Of a stretch of 64,000 nucleotides of DNA, positions 8,502 through 18,506 are shown one piece after another. Numbering within the stretch: position 1 is the first letter of the stretch; every line of letters begins with the position of its first letter. The DNA is from Candidatus Saccharibacteria bacterium UBA6040 (GTDB lineage: Bacteria > Patescibacteriota > Saccharimonadia > Saccharimonadales > Saccharimonadaceae): contig DIZA01000002.1 of assembly GCA_002429245.1 (NCBI GenBank), positions 44,350 through 108,349 on the forward strand. The letters are read 5' to 3'. Position numbers and translations under genes: made by a program. The notes beneath the pieces are model-generated. The model worked only from the letters and a program-made list of their open reading frames with translations, ran no database searches and was not told where the DNA came from.

Positions 8502-9781
8502 TGAAAATTACCGATACGATTCGACGCGCTGGACGAAGCCTTCGCCAAGCAAAAGCCCGGACACTCTTAACGAGTCTTGCGATTGGTGTGGGCGCCTTTA
8601 CGATTACCCTCAGCCTCGCTGGAGGACAAGGTGGACGTGATTATACTGATGCGATTGTCAAAGCAAACACCGATGTCAACGAATTAGTCGTGACGAAAAA
8701 AGCGCCAGTCTCGTCAACGATTCAAGAATATTCTAATGATGGCAGTGCAACCACCACAGGGACATTTGGACGGACGGTGCCAACTATTAAAGACGCCGAT
8801 ATCGCCGTAATCCAAAAAGTCGATGGCGTGAAAAGTGTGACACCAAACTATTCACCATCGGTGAACTATGTGACGGCAGGTCAAAAGAAGTATGTTGCGG
8901 CGCTGAGTACATTTGCTCCAAGCGTGACGCTAACCTATGCGGCGGGCTCAGTTAGCGGTGATCTGAAAGATAGTGAAATCATTTTGACCGAAGAGTATGC
9001 TTCAGTACTTGGCTTTGCAAGTCCAGCCGATGCGATTGGCAAAACAGTGACGATTAATGCGACCATGCTTTCAACTATTTTTGCAGTGGCTCCAACAACT
9101 GAGGATGTTGCCTTTACAGTAAAAGCGGTAAGTAGCGCATCTGGCCTGGCATTTAGATCACAAAGCTCAATGCTTATCTCAACGAGCGAAGCCAAGGATA
9201 TCTATACATTTGTGAACCAAGGAACGGCAGCTTACGGCCAATTTCAGTTAGCATCAGTTGAAGTGAACGACGCAAGTAAAGCGAACGACGTGAAAAGTGT
9301 CCTCGAAGGTAAAGGCTTTGATGCCCAGACTGCAGCCGATGTCCTTGGAACGGTGAACACATTTATTAATGTGCTCCAGGGAATCTTACTTGGATTCGGT
9401 TTTCTGGCGGTACTGACATCAATCTTCGGCATCATTAACACGCAGTACATCAGCGTGCTCGAACGAACTCAGCAGATTGGGTTGATGAAAGCTCTCGGTA
9501 TGAGCGCCCGTGACGTTGGACGACTGTTTAAGTACGAAGCAGCCTGGGTTGGCTTCCTCGGTGGTGCAATTGGTTCTGCCTTCGCATTCATCGTTGGAAC
9601 GGCCGCGAATCCTCTCATCACAAAAGCGCTCAACCTTGGTGATATTTCACTCATAAAGTTCACGCCACTGCAAATAGTCATCGTCATTGCTGGTCTGATG
9701 CTGGTATCTGTGGGTGCAGGAATCTTACCAGCCCGAAAAGCATCTCGCCTTGATCCAATTGAAGCTCTTCGGACAGAGTAG
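8501..9781 (+). CDS. ABC transporter permease (MacB/FtsX family)
   Basis: RTLLTSLAIGVG, ERTQQIGLMKALG, ASRLDPIEALR; coupled to the ATPase. Confidence 0.92.
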   Translation: MKITDTIRRAGRSLRQAKARTLLTSLAIGVGAFTITLSLAGGQGGRDYTDAIVKANTDVNELVVTKKAPVSSTIQEYSNDGSATTTGTFGRTVPTIKDADIAVIQKVDGVKSVTPNYSPSVNYVTAGQKKYVAALSTFAPSVTLTYAAGSVSGDLKDSEIILTEEYASVLGFASPADAIGKTVTINATMLSTIFAVAPTTEDVAFTVKAVSSASGLAFRSQSSMLISTSEAKDIYTFVNQGTAAYGQFQLASVEVNDASKANDVKSVLEGKGFDAQTAADVLGTVNTFINVLQGILLGFGFLAVLTSIFGIINTQYISVLERTQQIGLMKALGMSARDVGRLFKYEAAWVGFLGGAIGSAFAFIVGTAANPLITKALNLGDISLIKFTPLQIVIVIAGLMLVSVGAGILPARKASRLDPIEALRTE

Positions 9782-9801
9782 GGATCTGGTACAATAGTCC
9801 T

Positions 9802-11052
9802 ATGTTAGATATCCGCTTTATCCGAGAGAATCCCGAACTCGTCCAAGATCACGCCAAGAAGAAAGGCTACACCGTTAATGTTGCCGAGGTTCTTGAGCTG
9901 TATGCAAAAGCCGTTGAAATGGGTCAAAAGCAAGACGTTCTTCGTGAAGAGAAAAACAGCTTGGCTGCCGAGACTAAAAACGGTGGACGTCCCTCTGATG
10001 AAGTGATTGAGCGCGGTCGTGCGATTCGTGATGAAATTCAACAGAATGATGAAGCATTCTTGGCTGCAACAAAAGCGTATCAAGATGTATTGTGGCAAAT
10101 TCCGAATATCCTTCAAGACGACGTACCAATTGGCGGTGAAGAAGACAGTGTTGAGATCAAGAAATGGGGTGAACAAACGTCAGGTGCAATCGATCACCTC
10201 GATTTTGCAACCAAACGCGATTGGGTTGATTTCGAACGTGGCGCAAAAGTTGCCGGTGCGAAGTTCTACTATCTCAAAGGCGACCTCGCCCTGCTTGAGA
10301 ATGCGATCACACAGTACGCGCTAAACCTCGTCCTTTCAAAAGGCTTTACATACCTGACAGTTCCTTCACTCGTGAACAGCCGAACAGCTACGGGAACAGG
10401 CTTTGCACCTCGCACCAGCGACCAGAGTGATGAATACTACATCGAAGGCGAGGACCTGACGCTTATTGGTACGGCTGAGATTCCTATTACTGGCTATCAC
10501 GCTGACGAAATTATCGACGAAGCAAAACTGCCATTATTCTATGTTGGCTACAGCCCGTCATTCCGCAAAGAGGCGGGGACCTACGGCAAGCATGCCCGTG
10601 GACTCTTCCGTGTACACCAATTTAATAAACTCGAAATGTACGCCTTCACAACGCCCGAACAAAGTAACGAAGTGCATGAGAAAATTCTTGCGATCGAAGA
10701 AGAGATCTGGCAAGCAATCGGTATTCCATACCACGTCATCAATATCGCCAGTGGCGACCTTGGTGCACCTGCGACCAAGAAGTATGACCTTGAATACTGG
10801 TCGCCAGTCGATAGTGTTTACCGCGAACTCACCAGCGCCTCAAACTGCACCGACTTCCAGGCGCGTAATCTGAACATTCGTGTTCGACGAACGGAATCAG
10901 CCAAGGTTGAAGTGCTACACACGCTGAACGGAACCGCCGTTTCCCTGGCTCGTTCGTTAGTAGCCATTATCGAACACTACCAAAATCCAGATGGGACACT
11001 ACGTGTGCCAGCGGTATTGCAACCATACTTGAACGGCCGAGAAGTTCTATAG
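9802..11052 (+). CDS. serS: Seryl-tRNA synthetase
   Basis: MLDIRFIRENP, GLFRVHQFNKLE, HTLNGTA. Confidence 0.98.
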   Translation: MLDIRFIRENPELVQDHAKKKGYTVNVAEVLELYAKAVEMGQKQDVLREEKNSLAAETKNGGRPSDEVIERGRAIRDEIQQNDEAFLAATKAYQDVLWQIPNILQDDVPIGGEEDSVEIKKWGEQTSGAIDHLDFATKRDWVDFERGAKVAGAKFYYLKGDLALLENAITQYALNLVLSKGFTYLTVPSLVNSRTATGTGFAPRTSDQSDEYYIEGEDLTLIGTAEIPITGYHADEIIDEAKLPLFYVGYSPSFRKEAGTYGKHARGLFRVHQFNKLEMYAFTTPEQSNEVHEKILAIEEEIWQAIGIPYHVINIASGDLGAPATKKYDLEYWSPVDSVYRELTSASNCTDFQARNLNIRVRRTESAKVEVLHTLNGTAVSLARSLVAIIEHYQNPDGTLRVPAVLQPYLNGREVL

Positions 11053-11053
11053 C

Positions 11054-11302
11054 ATGAGTAAAAAGTTCGTAATGATCAGACAGCAAGATCAAGGCGGCGT
11101 ATCCGGTGTAGGTCATGTTCTTGACGGAATAGAATTTAGCAACAAGAAAGTTGCAGTCGCATGGTTAGGTAAGGGTACCGTCCATGGCGATAGCGTCGCT
11201 GTGTATGACAACTTTGCCGACTTTATGGCAATACATGTTGATAGTCATCCTGCGAATGGCACTATTATTTTATGGGAAGACGATCCAGACTTTCCTTCGT
11301 AA
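11054..11302 (+). CDS. Small hypothetical protein (82 aa)
   Basis: Starts 1 nt after serS stop; globular-looking sequence with GVSGVGHVLDGIEF and IHVDSH motifs. Confidence 0.75.
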   Translation: MSKKFVMIRQQDQGGVSGVGHVLDGIEFSNKKVAVAWLGKGTVHGDSVAVYDNFADFMAIHVDSHPANGTIILWEDDPDFPS

Positions 11303-11318
11303 GAACTTGGTATCGCAG

Positions 11319-11434
11319 GGAGCGACTGTACTTCACCCGAAAAATATCTGGAACCCGAGCTTTTCCCGGTACTGAAACAGAGAAAAGCCCGGAGTGAAGC
11401 GTTTTGAGAGTGAAGTACAGGCGATCTCCGCTCC
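11319..11434 (-). ncRNA. Unassigned rod-like structured element between serS operon and hpf
   Basis: Nested stems CTGTACTTCAC/GTGAAGTACAG (11 bp perfect), 11355-11365/11382-11392, GGAGCG/CGCTCC; mismatches become G-U on the - strand; minus-strand TATACT at 11450-11455. Confidence 0.45.
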
Positions 11435-11500
11435 TCTTATGCTAATGAGAGTATAATAAGACCATCAATAACCGACAGTTCTTAAGAAACGGAGGCTAAG

Positions 11501-11875
11501 ATGATAGCATCAATTGATATCACCGGCGTGAAGTATACAGCAGGCGACCAAGTACAAAAATACGTCATGCGTAAAATCGCAAAACTAGACAGGTACTTGC
11601 CGCGCCACGCTCGCAAAAGCGTGACCGCAGATGTAAAACTCAAGCAGGTAAATCGAGACCACGGTAACAAATACGAAGCCGAGATTATCATCAACGTCCC
11701 CGAAAAGCGACTGACCGCCAAAGACTCAACCGTCAACATGTTCGCTGCAATCGACATTGTCGAAGCAAAACTTATTAATCAAATGCGCAGATACAAGCAC
11801 GCGAGTATCACCCATATGGGCAATCGGCGAGTCTTGAGTCGCTTCAAGCGCACACAGCGTCCAGAACAGGAGTAG
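11501..11875 (+). CDS. hpf: Ribosome hibernation promoting factor (RaiA/HPF)
   Basis: N-terminal IDITG, KIAKLDRYL, NMFAAIDIVEAKL; GGAGG RBS; upstream of secA. Confidence 0.92.
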   Translation: MIASIDITGVKYTAGDQVQKYVMRKIAKLDRYLPRHARKSVTADVKLKQVNRDHGNKYEAEIIINVPEKRLTAKDSTVNMFAAIDIVEAKLINQMRRYKHASITHMGNRRVLSRFKRTQRPEQE

Positions 11876-11984
11876 ATCGCTTAAAATTGCGTCAAAAATC
11901 CTTGTTAAGTACCCCGTAAGATCGTATAATAATACGAAAGAGCAAATTGACTGAAGAATTTCCTGAAAGGCGAGGGTACGTGTA

Positions 11985-14609
11985 ATGATTAGTAGGCAGG
12001 GTGCGCTCACCAAAATTTTTGGTGACCCGCAAGCAAAGACGCTAAAGCGACTACAGAAAAAAGTAGTCTCTATTAATGAGCTTGAAGATAAATACAAGAA
12101 ACTATCGAAAACTGATCTTAAGAAGCAAACAGAAGTCCTAAAAAAGCGACTTCAAAAGAAGGGCGAGTCACTCGACACTATCCTGCCTGATGCCTTTGCG
12201 CTTGTTCGTGAAGCGAGCAACCGTGTTCTTGGCATGCGTCACTTCGACGTTCAGCTTATTGGTGGTATGGTGCTCCATGAAGGCAGTGTTGCTGAAATGA
12301 AGACCGGTGAAGGGAAGACGCTTGTTGCCACTTTGCCAGCCTACTTGAACGCACTTGAAGAAAAAGGCGTCCACGTCATCAGTGTGAACGATTACCTTGT
12401 TCAACGTGATGCTGCTTGGATGGGTGAGTTATATCACTTCCTTGGCCTGACGACTGCCGTTATTATTAACGAAGCCTCATTTATCTTTGATCCTAGCTAC
12501 ACAGCTGACGCATCACATGATGACCCACGCCTGTTGCACCTTCGCCCCGTTACACGCAAAGAAGCCTACGCTGCTGATATTACTTACGGCACAAACAATG
12601 AATTCGGATTCGACTATCTTCGCGACAACATGGTGAACGAAGTTGATCTGCTTCGCCAGCGTGATCTTCACTACGCGATCGTCGATGAGGTTGACTCGAT
12701 TCTGATCGACGAAGCCCGAACGCCACTTATCATTAGTGCGCCGGCCGCTGAAAACCCTGAAAGCTATATTCAATTTGCTAAAGTTGCCGCAAAACTCGTA
12801 CCAGATGACTATGTTCTCGACGAAAAGCGCAAAATGGTTGCTTTGACTGACGATGGTGTCGACAAGATTCAACGTCTGCTTGGGGTAAAGAACCTTTACA
12901 GTCCTGAGTACGTTCGTTCTGTCTATCACCTTGATCAAGCGCTTCGCGCGCAGACACTATTCCGCCGTGATAAAGACTACGTCGTGACAAAAGACGGTGA
13001 AGTCGTGATCGTTGACGAATTTACGGGTCGTCTGATGCAAGGTCGTCGTTATAACGAAGGACTGCACCAGGCAATCGAAGCAAAAGAAAAGGTAGAAGTG
13101 CTACAAGAGAGCATGACCCTTGCGACTGTCTCATTCCAAAACTACTTCCGTTTGTATACGAAGCTATCTGGTATGACAGGTACAGCCTTTACTGAAGCCG
13201 AAGAATTTCAACAGATCTACAAGATTGATGTGATTCAAATTCCTTCAAACAAGCCAATTGCGCGTGAAGATCGCCAGGATTTGATCTTTAAGACCGAAAA
13301 AGGCAAGCTCAAGGCTATCGCTGATGTCATCGCTGAGTACCACAAAGAAGGACGTCCTGTCTTGGTCGGTTCTGCATCAATTTCAAAGAATGAATTGATT
13401 GCCGACTGGTTAAAGAAATCAAAGATTCCTTACGAAATCTTGAACGCTAAAAACAACGAACGTGAAGCAGCGATTATTGAAAAAGCTGGTGAAAAGGGCG
13501 CGATTACCCTCGCAACCAACATCGCGGGACGTGGTACTGACATCAAACTTGGTGAAGGTGTGACAGAACTCGGCGGACTGGTTGTGATCGGTTCAGAGCG
13601 ACACGAATCTCGTCGTATCGACAATCAGCTTCGTGGTCGTGGTGGTCGTCAAGGTGACCCAGGACTGACTCAATTCTACGTTTCAACCGAAGACGATTTG
13701 ATGCGCATTTTCCAGGGTGAACGCATTGCTTCACTGATGGGCCGTATTGGTATGGACGACGAAACGCCGATCCAACACAAGATGGTTTCAAATACCCTCG
13801 AAGCAGCTCAAAAGCGTGTTGAAGGCTTTAACTTTGATATTCGTAAGAACGTCGTCCAGTACGACAACGTGATTAACCGTCACCGTCGTGTGGTCTACGT
13901 GATTCGTCGCAAGATTCTCGAAGGCGCTGATATCAAATCCGAAATTGAACGCTTGATTGAAGCAAAAGTTCGTGAATTGACCTTACTTCCAGCGAAGAAC
14001 AATCCAAACTTTAATTCTCAATTTGAAGATATCTTCCCATTAAACGACAAGCGCCTCAAGGCAATTGGTGCCGAGAAGAACGACAAAGCTCGTTTCAACC
14101 TTGCGATGAAAGAAGTTGCGAAACTCTACAAAGCAAAAGAGGAAGAAGTGGAAGTTGATGCACTTCGAAAAGTCGAACGTGAAGTCTATCTTCAAGTCCT
14201 CGACACGCTTTGGATGCAACACCTCGAGAACATGCAGCACCTTCGTGACGGTATTCACTGGCGAAGTGTTGGACAACGTGACCCACTTGTTGAATACCGT
14301 AGCGAATCTCAAAAACTATTCGATAGTTTGCAATCAACGCTTCGTGATGAAGTGCTTCGTGCTGTGACGCATGTGACTGCTCGTGATGCGGCTATTCGTG
14401 CCGAGGAAGAGCATGACACCGAACTGACACGTTTGGCTGAGTCCGCTGTTATTAAGGGCGTCAATGAAGTCACCTCTGGTGAAGCAAACCGCGACAAAGA
14501 CTTTAAGGTGAAAAAAGCCGAATCAGCTTCTGAAGCAAGTCAAAAGAAGAGCCAGGCTCGTAAGAAAAAGAAAAGTCAGCGCCAAAATCGTAAAACTGGC
14601 CGTAAATAA
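11985..14609 (+). CDS. secA: Preprotein translocase ATPase SecA
   Basis: EMKTGEGKT, IVDEVDSILIDEARTPLIISA, TNIAGRGTDI. Confidence 0.99.
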   Translation: MISRQGALTKIFGDPQAKTLKRLQKKVVSINELEDKYKKLSKTDLKKQTEVLKKRLQKKGESLDTILPDAFALVREASNRVLGMRHFDVQLIGGMVLHEGSVAEMKTGEGKTLVATLPAYLNALEEKGVHVISVNDYLVQRDAAWMGELYHFLGLTTAVIINEASFIFDPSYTADASHDDPRLLHLRPVTRKEAYAADITYGTNNEFGFDYLRDNMVNEVDLLRQRDLHYAIVDEVDSILIDEARTPLIISAPAAENPESYIQFAKVAAKLVPDDYVLDEKRKMVALTDDGVDKIQRLLGVKNLYSPEYVRSVYHLDQALRAQTLFRRDKDYVVTKDGEVVIVDEFTGRLMQGRRYNEGLHQAIEAKEKVEVLQESMTLATVSFQNYFRLYTKLSGMTGTAFTEAEEFQQIYKIDVIQIPSNKPIAREDRQDLIFKTEKGKLKAIADVIAEYHKEGRPVLVGSASISKNELIADWLKKSKIPYEILNAKNNEREAAIIEKAGEKGAITLATNIAGRGTDIKLGEGVTELGGLVVIGSERHESRRIDNQLRGRGGRQGDPGLTQFYVSTEDDLMRIFQGERIASLMGRIGMDDETPIQHKMVSNTLEAAQKRVEGFNFDIRKNVVQYDNVINRHRRVVYVIRRKILEGADIKSEIERLIEAKVRELTLLPAKNNPNFNSQFEDIFPLNDKRLKAIGAEKNDKARFNLAMKEVAKLYKAKEEEVEVDALRKVEREVYLQVLDTLWMQHLENMQHLRDGIHWRSVGQRDPLVEYRSESQKLFDSLQSTLRDEVLRAVTHVTARDAAIRAEEEHDTELTRLAESAVIKGVNEVTSGEANRDKDFKVKKAESASEASQKKSQARKKKKSQRQNRKTGRK

Positions 14610-14666
14610 CCGCGATTCTGCGCATCCGAACCAACATTAATTAGTAAAAAAGAAAAGTTACCGTTT

Positions 14667-15962
14667 ATGAACCATACCGTTGAAGAAGTGAAGCTAAAAA
14701 ATGGCGCAAAAGGCCTGTTTATCAATATTCCTGGCGCCACCGTCATGAGCATGCAGTTTCAGTTCAGAGCCGGTAGTCGATATGCGAAAAATAAGGATAT
14801 CGAGCAAGTTGCGCACATTATGGAGCACATGGCTTTCGGTGCCAACGCGCAGTTTAAGTCTGAACATGATTTTGAGTCAGAGTTCACCAAAAACGGCGCT
14901 TACCATAACGCCTATACCAGCGACCTTTCGATGGTGTATGACACAGACTGTGCTGACTTTGAATGGGATCGTATTCTTGATCTACAAAAAGTCAGTATTT
15001 GTCAGCCTCGATTTAACGCCGTTGAGCTTGAAGCCGAAAAGGGAAATGTTCGAAGCGAACTTACCAACTATTTGAACGATCACCACCGTATTTTGTGGCC
15101 TCGTGTCCAACAACTGCTTGGTGAAGACGTTTTGACCTATCGTCAGGCGATTCCAACGATCGCAACCGTGACATTGGCTGATATTCGTGAACATCACCGG
15201 CGCACGCACACAACGCGTAATATGCGCTTTGTGATCGCTGGAAAGCTTCGCGGACGCAAGAGTGACATCATTCGCCAGCTCGAATCATTCGAACTTCCTG
15301 AAGGTGAACGCTTTGAGGTCCCGCGCGACGAACTTAGTAGTGCGCGCCCAACGGTGATTCGCCGTAAGGACGCAACAAACCTTACCTTTGGGTTGACGCT
15401 GAGCGTGCCACGTGAACTTTCTGATGAAGAACTGGATGCGATGCACAACTTGAATCATATTTTGACGGGGACAACGCATTCGCGCATCTTTGGAAAAGCT
15501 CGTGCCAAAGGCCTCGCGTATAGTGTTGGTTCATACACTGGTGCTGGCTTCTACGACAGTGCTTGGGATATCTCTGGCCAAGTAAATCACGACACGGCGC
15601 CTGCCTTATTCGACATTATCGCGAATGAAATTAAAGATGTCCTCGACGGTAACCTTACTGAAGAAGAAATCGATGCTGCGAAGTCATTCGGACTTGGTCG
15701 CTACCAAATGGGCGCGCAAACGGTATCGCAAATTAGTGGCTTCTACACGAATCGCTATTTCGCCGATGACTTTATTAAAGATTACGAAAAAGTGCCTGAT
15801 ATGATCCGTAAAGTTACCCGTGAAAAGATTATGGTGACCGCAAAAAGTTTTGTTGAAGCGAACACTTGGGTACTAGCTGCAGTGAGTAATGGTGACCGCG
15901 ACGAAATCGTCGAATTAAATGATAAGCTTACAGGATTGTTTAATTCACCCGAAGCCGAGTAG
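14667..15962 (+). CDS. M16 (pitrilysin/insulinase) family zinc peptidase
   Basis: Inverted zinc motif HIMEH, NAYTS, second M16 domain. Confidence 0.9.
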   Translation: MNHTVEEVKLKNGAKGLFINIPGATVMSMQFQFRAGSRYAKNKDIEQVAHIMEHMAFGANAQFKSEHDFESEFTKNGAYHNAYTSDLSMVYDTDCADFEWDRILDLQKVSICQPRFNAVELEAEKGNVRSELTNYLNDHHRILWPRVQQLLGEDVLTYRQAIPTIATVTLADIREHHRRTHTTRNMRFVIAGKLRGRKSDIIRQLESFELPEGERFEVPRDELSSARPTVIRRKDATNLTFGLTLSVPRELSDEELDAMHNLNHILTGTTHSRIFGKARAKGLAYSVGSYTGAGFYDSAWDISGQVNHDTAPALFDIIANEIKDVLDGNLTEEEIDAAKSFGLGRYQMGAQTVSQISGFYTNRYFADDFIKDYEKVPDMIRKVTREKIMVTAKSFVEANTWVLAAVSNGDRDEIVELNDKLTGLFNSPEAE

Positions 15963-15971
15963 AATAGAATT

Positions 15972-17270
15972 ATGAAGATTGCTATCGCGGGTTATGGGGT
16001 TGAGGGTGAAGCAAATTACAACTATTGGTCCGCTGATTCAGCCAATGAAATAACGATTGTTGATGACTCTGAGACACCGAAATTTGCTGTTCCAGAAGGG
16101 GTGAAAACACTTCTTGGTGAGGACGCTTTTCAAAAACTCGATGGCTTTGATCTGGTGATACGAACGCCTGGACTGTCGCCACACCGCATCAAGACTGACG
16201 GTAAGATCTGGTCTGCAACGAATGAATTCTTTGAAAAATGTCCCGCGCCAATCATTGGTGTGACTGGCTCAAAAGGCAAGGGGACAACAGCCAGCCTGAT
16301 TGCTTCGATTTTGCAGGCTGCTGGCCGTACAGTATACCTTGTTGGTAATATCGGACAGCCTGCGCTTAACCTCCTCCCGCACATTCAACCAAGCGATATT
16401 ATTGTGTACGAACTCTCTAGCTTTCAGCTGTGGGACATTGAGCGCTCACCTCAGACGGCAGTCGTGCTGTTTATTGAACCAGAGCACCTTGATGTTCATA
16501 CAGATATGGCAGAATACGTTGCCGCAAAAGCGAATATTGCTCGTTTTCAGTACACGAGCGAAGACATTATTATCTATAACAACGAGAATGAATACTCTCG
16601 TACAATTGCCGACCTCTCCTCTGGTATAAAAATAGGATATCCGAGTGAAAGTACGACGCATATTAAAGAGGGTAGCTTCTATAATGGTGAACAAAAAATT
16701 TGTTCAGTCGATGTTTTACGGATACGGGGTGCACATAATCAATCGAATGCCATCGCGGCTATCGATGCTGCCTGGAAGTTCGTCAAAGACCCTGAAACCA
16801 TTGAGGTGGGGCTTCGTACGTTCAGAGGATTGCCACACCGACTCGCTTTTGTCCGTAACGTGAAAGGTGTTGATTTCTACGATGATAGTATCGCAACGAC
16901 GCCAACGAGTGCCGTGGCCGCAATCGCAGCATTTGAGCAACCGAAAGTACTTATTATCGGTGGATCTGACAAGGGTGCCGATTACAAACCACTCATAACA
17001 GCCATTGCTGGGAGTGGCTCTATCCGTGCCATCATTTCAGTAGGGGCGAATGGTGCTCACATTACAGGCATGCTTGATGATCACAGCCTTCCAAAAGTAC
17101 ACCGTGTCGACTCGACGGATATGAGTGAGATCGTTAAAACAGCGGCTTCACTCGCAAAACCAAATGATGTCGTTATCTTAAGTCCTGCTGCAGCAAGCTT
17201 TGATATGTTCAAGAGTTATGTTGATCGCGGTGAGCAGTTTGTTGCTGCCGTGAATGCACTCGAAGACTAG
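15972..17270 (+). CDS. murD: UDP-N-acetylmuramoyl-L-alanine--D-glutamate ligase
   Basis: GVTGSKGKGTT, VGNIG, ELSSFQL, YDDSIATTP, LSPAAASFDMF. Confidence 0.97.
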   Translation: MKIAIAGYGVEGEANYNYWSADSANEITIVDDSETPKFAVPEGVKTLLGEDAFQKLDGFDLVIRTPGLSPHRIKTDGKIWSATNEFFEKCPAPIIGVTGSKGKGTTASLIASILQAAGRTVYLVGNIGQPALNLLPHIQPSDIIVYELSSFQLWDIERSPQTAVVLFIEPEHLDVHTDMAEYVAAKANIARFQYTSEDIIIYNNENEYSRTIADLSSGIKIGYPSESTTHIKEGSFYNGEQKICSVDVLRIRGAHNQSNAIAAIDAAWKFVKDPETIEVGLRTFRGLPHRLAFVRNVKGVDFYDDSIATTPTSAVAAIAAFEQPKVLIIGGSDKGADYKPLITAIAGSGSIRAIISVGANGAHITGMLDDHSLPKVHRVDSTDMSEIVKTAASLAKPNDVVILSPAAASFDMFKSYVDRGEQFVAAVNALED

Positions 17271-17920
17271 ACGCTTTCACTTCCCAGTAAACTAATAATT
17301 CGACTACCAATCGCATCGGATGGTTCGAGGACAAGTGCACGTGATCCAGCTTCGGTGACGGCTCGTTCTTTAAGCCAGTGGTAGTGGGTGCAAGCAAGTA
17401 CGATGATGTCGACGTTTTGTTCGATCAGTTGAAAGACGGTTTCTTCGATAGGGACTTCATCCGCTTTTCCTGCTTCAATGAGTGATGCCCATGAGGTGGT
17501 GTCGGGTTCTAAAACGATGACGCCTTCGGCCCAGGTTTCTTTTAGAAGTTTGTAAGAATGACTCGCTAAAGTAACAGGAGTGGCGAGTACTGCAATAACG
17601 CCAGATTTGGTTTGGGTAGCGGCAGGCTTGACCATTGGCTCGATGCCGACGAAATTCATGTCGGGGTATTCAGTGCGTAGGTGCGTAATGGCAACCGTCG
17701 TGACGGTATTACAGGCAATGACGATCGCGTCACACTTCGCATCGATCAGGGGGTGAATCGCCGTATCGGTCAGTTGGATGATCTCTTCCTCGGGGCGACT
17801 GCCGTAGGGGACGTGTTCGTGGTCGTCGACGCAGATAATCTCGGCATCGGGCAATAGTTCACTGAGCCGCTTTGCAACCGCTCGTCCGCCAATACCAGAA
17901 TCAAAAACGCCAATCTTCAT
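17267..17920 (-). CDS. murI: Glutamate racemase
   Basis: IGVFDSGIGG, VIACNT, LACTHY. Confidence 0.97.
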   Translation of the reverse strand: MKIGVFDSGIGGRAVAKRLSELLPDAEIICVDDHEHVPYGSRPEEEIIQLTDTAIHPLIDAKCDAIVIACNTVTTVAITHLRTEYPDMNFVGIEPMVKPAATQTKSGVIAVLATPVTLASHSYKLLKETWAEGVIVLEPDTTSWASLIEAGKADEVPIEETVFQLIEQNVDIIVLACTHYHWLKERAVTEAGSRALVLEPSDAIGSRIISLLGSESV

Positions 17921-17984
17921 CTATAAGCAGTATAGCAAATATATTTGTTTGAAATATTCGCTACTTATTTTTCGTATAATGAGC

Positions 17985-18506
17985 ATGATGGACGAACAAC
18001 GATACATAAATCGAATATTAAAAGGGGACGCGGACGCTTATCGTCATTTAGTGGAGCGGTATCAAACCGGTCTCATTATTCATTGTGAAAATATTTTAAA
18101 AGATCGCCAAGATGGGGAAGATATTGCGCAGGAATCTTTTATTAAGGCTTATAGAAATCTTCATAAATTTTCAAATGAAAAAGCTAATTTTTCAACCTGG
18201 TTATATCGTATTGCAACAAACCTTTGCATTGATCTACTCCGTAAGAATAAGAAACAAGTTATCGTCAAGGATGTTGAAGCATTTCTCGAAGTAACAAACC
18301 CTCAGCACATTAAAGAGGACGAAATTCACCGTCTTCGTCAATTGATCGAAGAACTCGAACCGCCAAAGTATGCGGAAGTTATTAAAGCGTATTTTTGGGA
18401 AGGCAAAAGTTACCAGGAAATTGCGAGTATCTATAAAACCTCTACAAACACTATTGGTACGTGGATGAGCCGTGCAAAACAGCAACTAAAGGAGAATCTT
18501 GTATGA
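17985..18506 (+). CDS. ECF-type RNA polymerase sigma-70 factor
   Basis: Region 2 (AEDIAQESF-like GEDIAQESFIKAY, FSTWLYRIATN) and region 4.2 (SYQEIA, TIGTWMSRAK); start placed at ATG after TATAAT. Confidence 0.93.
   Translation: MMDEQRYINRILKGDADAYRHLVERYQTGLIIHCENILKDRQDGEDIAQESFIKAYRNLHKFSNEKANFSTWLYRIATNLCIDLLRKNKKQVIVKDVEAFLEVTNPQHIKEDEIHRLRQLIEELEPPKYAEVIKAYFWEGKSYQEIASIYKTSTNTIGTWMSRAKQQLKENLV

Noticed and set aside
11303-11500. raiA-motif RNA upstream of hpf/raiA
   Set aside because: Too short, and I see none of the sequence or multi-stem features I recall for that motif; G-U pairs favour the opposite strand.
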